From the IMG/VR virus record IMGVR_UViG_3300045541_000131, positions 74,653 through 138,652 of that record: a DNA stretch of 64,000 nt. One strand, given 5' to 3'. Below the pieces are notes generated by a model. It was not told the origin of the DNA. It saw only the letters and a list, made by a program, of their open reading frames with translations, and did no database searches. The translations under genes and the position numbers were made by a program. The DNA is from a virus. Position 1 is the first letter of the stretch. Each line of letters starts with the position of its first letter. Of this stretch, positions 58,199 to 64,000 are shown one piece after another.

Positions 58199-59034
58199 GG
58201 TAACCTCAATACATTGTCAATGTCCATGGGACTTACTTTTAAAGTTTCATGGTGATGATCTCTATATATCATCATAGTATTATCCTTCCAAGTCTTTACA
58301 GGAATTTTGTTTTCAATACAATACATCATATGATGAGTTTGCCAATCACTGTTATTACCGTCAACACTGGCGCGAACTTCTGCAAAATGGCATACTTGGT
58401 CCATGAGTTCGGAAGTACCGTACCAAGCTATATCTTCAACACCATCTGGTAGTCTATTATAATGATCGCAAACATAAAGGTATTGATCTTTAGTGCTCAT
58501 GAATGCTTTTTCATATTCCCATGAGTGTTCTTTTCTAAAAATTTGATCAAATCGCATTCTTATAACACGCCAATACTTTTGATTAAATTTTTCTTCTGTC
58601 TTCTTTTTTAGATTATTACATTCCCATAAACTTTGAAACATAGGAATGCTAGCCCAACAAGTGCCATATTTTTGTTTTATATATACTTTATATTCTTCTT
58701 GATATTTTTCGCAATCATCAACTCGATATAAAATGGGTTTATAAATGTCTAGTACTTGCTGTAGTTTTTCGTCGCCGACTGGTTTTAAAATATTAGCTAT
58801 AGACTTAGGTCTACCATTTAAATCATGCAGGCCCAATGATTCGGTGGTCCAAGTGTGTATATAAAAGTCAACTTCCGCCGGAATAAATCTAAAAAAGTTC
58901 ATTATAACAGGCGCAACTTCAACAGCAGTTCTAAGTTGCCCGCTCAAACAAACTGCGGTCTTATGATTTGCTAGCACATGATGATTCGTAGCATAACTAC
59001 CTATTTTATATATGCTGGTAAAGTGTTCAGTCAT
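58195..59034 (-). CDS. SGQLR/RxD family protein (putative glycosyltransferase-like)
   Basis: AVCLSGQLR, DFYIHTW, IR.RFD, D..WYG. Confidence 0.62.
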   Translation of the reverse strand: MTEHFTSIYKIGSYATNHHVLANHKTAVCLSGQLRTAVEVAPVIMNFFRFIPAEVDFYIHTWTTESLGLHDLNGRPKSIANILKPVGDEKLQQVLDIYKPILYRVDDCEKYQEEYKVYIKQKYGTCWASIPMFQSLWECNNLKKKTEEKFNQKYWRVIRMRFDQIFRKEHSWEYEKAFMSTKDQYLYVCDHYNRLPDGVEDIAWYGTSELMDQVCHFAEVRASVDGNNSDWQTHHMMYCIENKIPVKTWKDNTMMIYRDHHHETLKVSPMDIDNVLRLP

Positions 59035-60436
59035 TTTTCCACTGCCAATAATATTTTTCAAACTCTGGAAATGTTGCTAAAAAGTTTGTGCCTCTTCTGC
59101 GATCGTGCTCATCAACAAATGCCACAAAGTCTTTTTGATAAAGTCTGTCATTAGGTTGTGCTGTTTTATTGGCAACTAAGTCATAGAGTCTGCGGAACTT
59201 TTCTGCTTCTGTTTTTACAAAGCCTCTATTATTAGTGCCAGCCCATTCCTTATTTTCCAAGTGTCTATACATAAAAGTAACTTGATCGAAAATATATTCT
59301 TTGGCCCAGGTTTGTGGCAACACATACAGTATACTTTGATGTGCTGGATAACGCAGATAAGGCACATCTAGCACTAGAGGACATTGAAGACCATTAGGGC
59401 CGCCAAACTCTGACTTAACGTCAAAGACATCCTGCTGAAACTTTATGTAGTTAGGTATGCTAAGAACATTATAAGTTGACATAATTGTCATGGTACAATT
59501 TGGCACTTCGCGAAGTATGCGACGAAGGTTAGTCAGCCATAAGTTATAATCTAAGCCATCTCTGATATATTCGGCCTGTACTCCGTAGGTGTCACAACTG
59601 GTAAAGACCTTAAACTTTTTGACTTTCTTTTCGCCGCAGATAATTTTAATTTTTTCTATAAAGCGTTCAAATATTTGCGGCGGTACACAAAGGTTAGTGT
59701 TGACACTGAGATCAATCTCGGGATTAGGATTTTCGATAATGTAGTCTAGAACTTTAAAAGTATCCTTGCTTAACAGCGGCTCTCCACCAGTAATTCTAAA
59801 ATGTTTTAGTTCAGGATAAACACTGGGCCACCATTCCCAAAATGCTTCAACATAAGGATTAACTTGACTGTGTGGTATAGGCATCTGGCCCGACTGCTTC
59901 ATCCAAGTAATATCATTAAAGCGGCCGCTGGTTGGATAAGCTCCATATTTTTCGGCTTCCTCCATCCACATGCTACTGATCTGCGGGCTGCAATAGCTAC
60001 ACTTAAAATTGCAGACATTACTGAAACTTACTTCTAAGTAACTGGGATTTATATTTTGATCCCATGGTGCGTTTTTAACTTGATCAAAATAGGGTTGTGC
60101 CCAAGCATCATAGCTTTTATAGATACGGTCACTGATAGCAGCCGAACTACTATCCTCTACGTTCCAGCAGTAGTCACACTCGGCAGGTCTGGTACCTTCC
60201 AGCATCTGCTTACGCTGTTCTTTTTTGAACTTAGTATTATGTAATGCACTGGCATCAACTTTGATTTCCTCTAAGGGAATTTTATGTGTCACTGGGTGAT
60301 GACAGCTATGAGTTTGTCCAAGTTGTAAGTGTAATGTAACTTGTTTCCATTTGGCCAAGCAAAAACTTGGACTTACTGAGTTGATTTTATCTTTGTATGC
60401 GTTTATGTCTTTATTGCTGTCCAATTTGAGCCTCAA
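59027..60436 (-). CDS. Radical SAM protein with N-terminal Cys/His domain
   Basis: FCLAKW..HSCHH..ECDYCW; CNFKCSYC; TGGEP; NTN; start possibly TTG 60424. Confidence 0.9.
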   Translation of the reverse strand: MRLKLDSNKDINAYKDKINSVSPSFCLAKWKQVTLHLQLGQTHSCHHPVTHKIPLEEIKVDASALHNTKFKKEQRKQMLEGTRPAECDYCWNVEDSSSAAISDRIYKSYDAWAQPYFDQVKNAPWDQNINPSYLEVSFSNVCNFKCSYCSPQISSMWMEEAEKYGAYPTSGRFNDITWMKQSGQMPIPHSQVNPYVEAFWEWWPSVYPELKHFRITGGEPLLSKDTFKVLDYIIENPNPEIDLSVNTNLCVPPQIFERFIEKIKIICGEKKVKKFKVFTSCDTYGVQAEYIRDGLDYNLWLTNLRRILREVPNCTMTIMSTYNVLSIPNYIKFQQDVFDVKSEFGGPNGLQCPLVLDVPYLRYPAHQSILYVLPQTWAKEYIFDQVTFMYRHLENKEWAGTNNRGFVKTEAEKFRRLYDLVANKTAQPNDRLYQKDFVAFVDEHDRRRGTNFLATFPEFEKYYWQWKND

Positions 60437-60452
60437 TTAACTGGGATGTTAA

Positions 60453-60458
60453 TATTTA
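60453..60458 (-). promoter_or_regulatory. Late promoter TAAATA overlapping the upstream stop codon
   Basis: TAAATA formed with the TAA of 60456..61028; GAGG RBS downstream. Confidence 0.5.
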
Positions 60459-61028
60459 GCTCAAGGACTTAATAAATTCACGTGCAGATATTTTAGGAAA
60501 TTTTTTGTGTTTATTCCAATATTCCCATTGTTTTGGTTTTGACAGTGACGGCTTTTCCGTATCCCAAGTACCTTGTATTAGCCATTCACTGACTTGAGTT
60601 ACGTTTGGTTTTTTTGCAACCGAATGCGATTTATTAATGTTTTCATCTATATTGATGTGTCCGCCAGATTTTATTTGTATAAATTTTACATCAGCTGATA
60701 TTGGTTGGCCGTCCCAATCAATTATACTTTCTAAGTTGGAACACCATCGTAAATCCAAACGCAGTGCATATTTTCGAAAAGCAATTTCATACATGTTATG
60801 CATTAAATTTTCAAGATCAACGATGTTATGAATTTCTCCGGTGAGATAGAGATCTAGGTCTTCTGCGTTGTCTAAATCATATGCTGTGCTGCCGCCAACC
60901 CATAACGTATAGTTAAATTGTTCCGGCAGATCGACAACTTCTGCTAGATAGTTTTTAACATTTTCGATATTAAATGGCTGTAGAGGAACATTGTCAACGA
61001 CAACCTTGCCTATCCATCTTCGTATCAT
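60456..61028 (-). CDS. Pol-beta-superfamily nucleotidyltransferase-like protein
   Basis: WVGGS.......DLDL motif and third acidic residue in LRLD. Confidence 0.65.
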   Translation of the reverse strand: MIRRWIGKVVVDNVPLQPFNIENVKNYLAEVVDLPEQFNYTLWVGGSTAYDLDNAEDLDLYLTGEIHNIVDLENLMHNMYEIAFRKYALRLDLRWCSNLESIIDWDGQPISADVKFIQIKSGGHINIDENINKSHSVAKKPNVTQVSEWLIQGTWDTEKPSLSKPKQWEYWNKHKKFPKISAREFIKSLS

Positions 61029-61041
61029 TTACACTAATAAG

Positions 61042-62448
61042 TTATGGTAATTCTGTTTCGCCACCGCCGCCGCCGCCAGGTGGCAGGCCGCCGCTAGTTG
61101 GTGCAGGTGTTGGGCCAGCTGTTGGCGCCGGAGTTGGCGAACTAGCTGCTATTGATAACGTAAATGCTTTAGTGCCAGAGTTTGCGCCGCTGCCTGCCGA
61201 TGAGCGAATAGTAAAGGACGCTGTTTCGACGGTTGTAGGAGTGCCACTAATGTCGCCGCCTGCACTCAATGATAGGCCAGCTGGCAATGCTCCGGAAATA
61301 ATTTCATAGAACCAAGGACCAACACCGCCCACTGAAGACAGACTTGCAGCGTATGATGTGCCAACTGTTCCAGCTGGCAACGGACTAGATGTAGTAATTA
61401 CTACTGTAGGAACAGTCGGTGCAGGTGTAGGTGCTGGGGTTGGACTTCCAGGTGTAGGTGCTGGGGTCGGACTAGGAACTGGGCTAGGACTAGGCGATGC
61501 TCCAGAATTATTGAAAGATTGTACGGCCGATGTATACGTTGGTCCTGTAATTGCAAAACTAACAGAACTACCACTGGCCGCTGGAATGTTTGAAGCTTTA
61601 TTATTTGACGCCGATAATGTATGAGTTCCTGTACTTGCAGTTGATACAGACTGACTAATAGTAAATGTAATAATAATCTTTACTGCTTGAGCAGAATCTG
61701 ATATCATTGAATCAGAACTATTAGTAATTTTTCCCGTAACGCTTATAGATTTTGCGCCAGATGTTATGCTAGCCAATGCTTGATCGCCAAATGTTAAATC
61801 TTCAAAGCCTTTGCCTTGAACAGTGGCACTACCCGAAGAAGTAAAATCTCCTAATTTAAGGCTCATTGTGCCCATGGAAGTGTAGACTGTTTGCCATTCA
61901 TTGTCTACTGTGCCGCCACCGGTCTTTGATAATGTAAAATCAATAGAACCGGCACTGTTAAAATAGTAACGAGCTTTTTTATAACTATCAAATGCAATTG
62001 TACTTTGAAAAACTAAACTGCTAGTAAAGCCTGAACTATGACTAACTGGCGTCAATGAAGTTGTTGTAATTTGACCGACAGGTGCAGTATTTTTAATAGC
62101 TTCGATGTTAGCCAATGTTGTTTCGATGGTATTTCTTAATACAGCAGTTACTCTGTCACCAGCAGAAATACGAGTTAATGCCGATGATAAACCAACATGA
62201 GTGGCTCCTAATTTTACACGGTCAATAAGTGCATTCCAATCCGCAGCGGTAATTTTATCACTTGTTACCAAGTCGCCGTTAGTTAAGTCTGTTACGGCAA
62301 CGGGTTCCTGACCCCATCCGTATGCTCGATTTGCAGCACTAGATGAAGTAATTGTTGATGGAAAATTATCGCAAAAAACTTTATTAACTGCAATAGCCAA
62401 TGCGTTATAATCTGCCGCAGTTATTTTTGCGCCGCTACTAACAGTCAT
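61042..62448 (-). CDS. Virion structural/tail-fibre-like protein with putative Ig domain and Pro/Thr/Ser linkers
   Basis: Repeated KITAAD(Y/W)NAL, RY.FN..G.I; LP.GTVG..Y...GALP.GLSL...G.ISGTPT (He_PIG-like); PTPAPT tracts. Confidence 0.78.
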   Translation of the reverse strand: MTVSSGAKITAADYNALAIAVNKVFCDNFPSTITSSSAANRAYGWGQEPVAVTDLTNGDLVTSDKITAADWNALIDRVKLGATHVGLSSALTRISAGDRVTAVLRNTIETTLANIEAIKNTAPVGQITTTSLTPVSHSSGFTSSLVFQSTIAFDSYKKARYYFNSAGSIDFTLSKTGGGTVDNEWQTVYTSMGTMSLKLGDFTSSGSATVQGKGFEDLTFGDQALASITSGAKSISVTGKITNSSDSMISDSAQAVKIIITFTISQSVSTASTGTHTLSASNNKASNIPAASGSSVSFAITGPTYTSAVQSFNNSGASPSPSPVPSPTPAPTPGSPTPAPTPAPTVPTVVITTSSPLPAGTVGTSYAASLSSVGGVGPWFYEIISGALPAGLSLSAGGDISGTPTTVETASFTIRSSAGSGANSGTKAFTLSIAASSPTPAPTAGPTPAPTSGGLPPGGGGGGETELP

Positions 62449-62449
62449 A

Positions 62450-63355
62450 TCACTTCATGCCTACTGCTACTTCGACGTATCCTACATCGCTTTCGTTTTT
62501 GTCTGTAATTGCTCGGCCGATAATAGCGAACGGATCGTACTGATCAGCAGCCATACCTACACCAGGAATATCGCTGGCAACAATTCTTTGTCCTTGACGA
62601 ATTGAGCCTTTTACTAAGCAAGGTACACGACCTTTCAATGCAACCGGATATGCTAACTCGGACATTTTTTCTTTGGCATTTAGCAAAAAACCAGGTGCTG
62701 TACTTATTACACCAAAGACTTGGTCATCAAACGCACGAGTTGTTTTAGTAATTTCTCGATTGCCGCCTAGAATCACTAAGTTGCCTGGTTCTAGTTCAAT
62801 GTCACTGCGATAAATTTCTGCCATGTCAGCGAACTCAGCTTCAATGGCACGACCGCGTAGCTTATAATCATCGTAAGGAGTAGATCCAGAACGATTTAAG
62901 TTAATACCAGGTGCAATGCTAGGAAATGCAGTTGCTAAACCTGTGTCATTGTGTGGAGTGTACACATCGGTGCTGATAATTGCTACACAAATCTGTACAG
63001 GAGTTGCAGCATTGTTTACAACATTAAACTTAATGGCGTTATGAAAGTTTCCTAATGTATCTTTAATTCTAGCTACTTCAACACCAGTTTTGCCGCCGAT
63101 TCCAATCCAGCTAGAGCTACCGCGAACATTTAGAACTTGATCTTCGCTATTCCACCAAAGTTGTCCTTCGATTGGATTGGTAGGAGCAGTAGTATTGCTG
63201 AAATTTTCCAATAAAGATACTAGGTTCTCGGCCATAATTTCGCCGTAACCGGAATAATTTTTACCTATTAGTTTAATAGGACTTGTTGTATCTACTGTTC
63301 TATCAGCAACGATTGCTAGTCGAGTGCCGTTAGTTTTTGTAACATCGTATGCCAT
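62450..63355 (-). CDS. Baseplate/tail-associated structural protein with autoproteolytic-chaperone-like C-terminus
   Basis: L.GKNY.GYGE...EN...LLENF....P.NP.EGQLW; ADMAE.Y...GVIST.P...PVAL.GRVPC.V.G....G. Confidence 0.78.
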   Translation of the reverse strand: MAYDVTKTNGTRLAIVADRTVDTTSPIKLIGKNYSGYGEIMAENLVSLLENFSNTTAPTNPIEGQLWWNSEDQVLNVRGSSSWIGIGGKTGVEVARIKDTLGNFHNAIKFNVVNNAATPVQICVAIISTDVYTPHNDTGLATAFPSIAPGINLNRSGSTPYDDYKLRGRAIEAEFADMAEIYRSDIELEPGNLVILGGNREITKTTRAFDDQVFGVISTAPGFLLNAKEKMSELAYPVALKGRVPCLVKGSIRQGQRIVASDIPGVGMAADQYDPFAIIGRAITDKNESDVGYVEVAVGMK

Positions 63356-63379
63356 TTTTTGAAATTCCTTTTGTTTAAC

Positions 63380-63385
63380 TATTTA
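63380..63385 (-). promoter_or_regulatory. Late promoter TAAATA
   Basis: TAAATA upstream of AAGGA RBS and ATG 63355. Confidence 0.6.
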
Positions 63386-63392
63386 GCGTAAT

Positions 63393-63953
63393 TTACAGCC
63401 TTATTCGTAGCGTATATATTATCTGAATCGATCTAGTCGACGACTTGTATATATTCTCGCTGACATAATGAGTTACTAAGTAACCAGAATTTACCCCGTC
63501 TTCTCCGCGATTCTTTAATCCGATTTCGTTAAATGTTATTTCTCCGCTGGAATTTTCGGGATCGTTTTCTTCCAGTGTGCAAGTAATAATAACATCAGAG
63601 TAAGGAAGTCCGTCTAGATGTTCGACGGTTACAAAATTACGTGTCGGAGATGCATTGTTTATTTCATCATTTGCGTCAACAACTTTAAAATAAAGAGGAT
63701 TATAAAGCTCTGCAACAGTTCCCAAGACCAAATTTTCCTCAACATCCTTTAAAGTTGTGCCATCAACAATTCCGCCATTACCAAAATGCATTTCATAGAT
63801 ATATTTTCCATTATTTCCGGCCAGCATATTGGCAATGGCAATGCTCATTGTTTCAGGATTTATAGCATTTTCCCCCTGATGAATAACTTGGCCCGTGGCT
63901 ATATCAATGATCTTGATATAGCCTTGGATTTGAATATTAGCAAATGATTTCAT
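63393..63953 (-). CDS. Probable baseplate structural protein
   Basis: G.IKI.D...G......NAI..E, FGNGG, F.E.GL, L.TH, K...R.IQI.YTLR; structural gene context. Confidence 0.7.
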   Translation of the reverse strand: MKSFANIQIQGYIKIIDIATGQVIHQGENAINPETMSIAIANMLAGNNGKYIYEMHFGNGGIVDGTTLKDVEENLVLGTVAELYNPLYFKVVDANDEINNASPTRNFVTVEHLDGLPYSDVIITCTLEENDPENSSGEITFNEIGLKNRGEDGVNSGYLVTHYVSENIYKSSTRSIQIIYTLRIRL

Positions 63954-63958
63954 TTTAA

Positions 63959-63964
63959 TATTTA
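63959..63964 (-). promoter_or_regulatory. Late promoter, leaderless geometry
   Basis: TAAATA-5 nt-ATG(63953). Confidence 0.6.
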
Positions 63965-64000
63965 TTCTCTAAAATTTATCCATCAGTTGGACTTGGTGGT

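Noticed and set aside
19032-61028. Bacterial capsule locus or MoaA/PqqE/NirJ cofactor cluster
   Set aside because: No transporters, flippase or partner cofactor genes; flanked by phage thyX and tail genes with phage-type late promoters
60974-61624. Plus-strand Gly/Val/Ala-rich ORFs
   Set aside because: Antisense mirror of the Pro/Thr linkers of the tail protein
1-64000. Stop-codon reassignment as in some jumbo phages
   Set aside because: Genes are full-length and tightly packed under the standard code, and TAA, TGA and TAG all end genes
1-64000. tRNA, rRNA, introns, inteins or transposases
   Set aside because: None recognised; intergenic gaps are mostly too short and enzyme lengths show no large insertions. 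A covariance-model search was not possible

Overview
This window is a fragment of a large (jumbo-type, T4-like myovirus) bacteriophage genome. Evidence: gene-dense layout with ATGA/TAATG overlaps, T4-type RNase H, ThyX, a MoxR/vWA pair, sigma70 early promoters, TAAATA late promoters and tail/baseplate genes. 1-19043 (mostly + strand) holds auxiliary metabolism (TagD-like, UDP-Glc dehydrogenase, FolE, QueE, PRTase, HIT, PhyH), an early region of short promoter-flanked cassettes, and nucleotide/replication genes. 19032-61028 (mostly - strand) is a ~42 kb tailoring-enzyme island: 15 radical SAM proteins, 8 SGNH-like proteins, 4 SGxxR/RxD proteins, 3 GT-A-like proteins, 2 2OG-Fe(II) oxygenases, a carbamoyltransferase and a putative unusual-sugar pathway. 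It carries late promoters and directly follows tail genes (61042-63953), one with mucin-like Pro/Thr/Ser linkers, so I infer a virion-decoration system. No tRNA, rRNA, CRISPR array or transposase was recognised. All calls come from reading motifs by eye; no database search was run.
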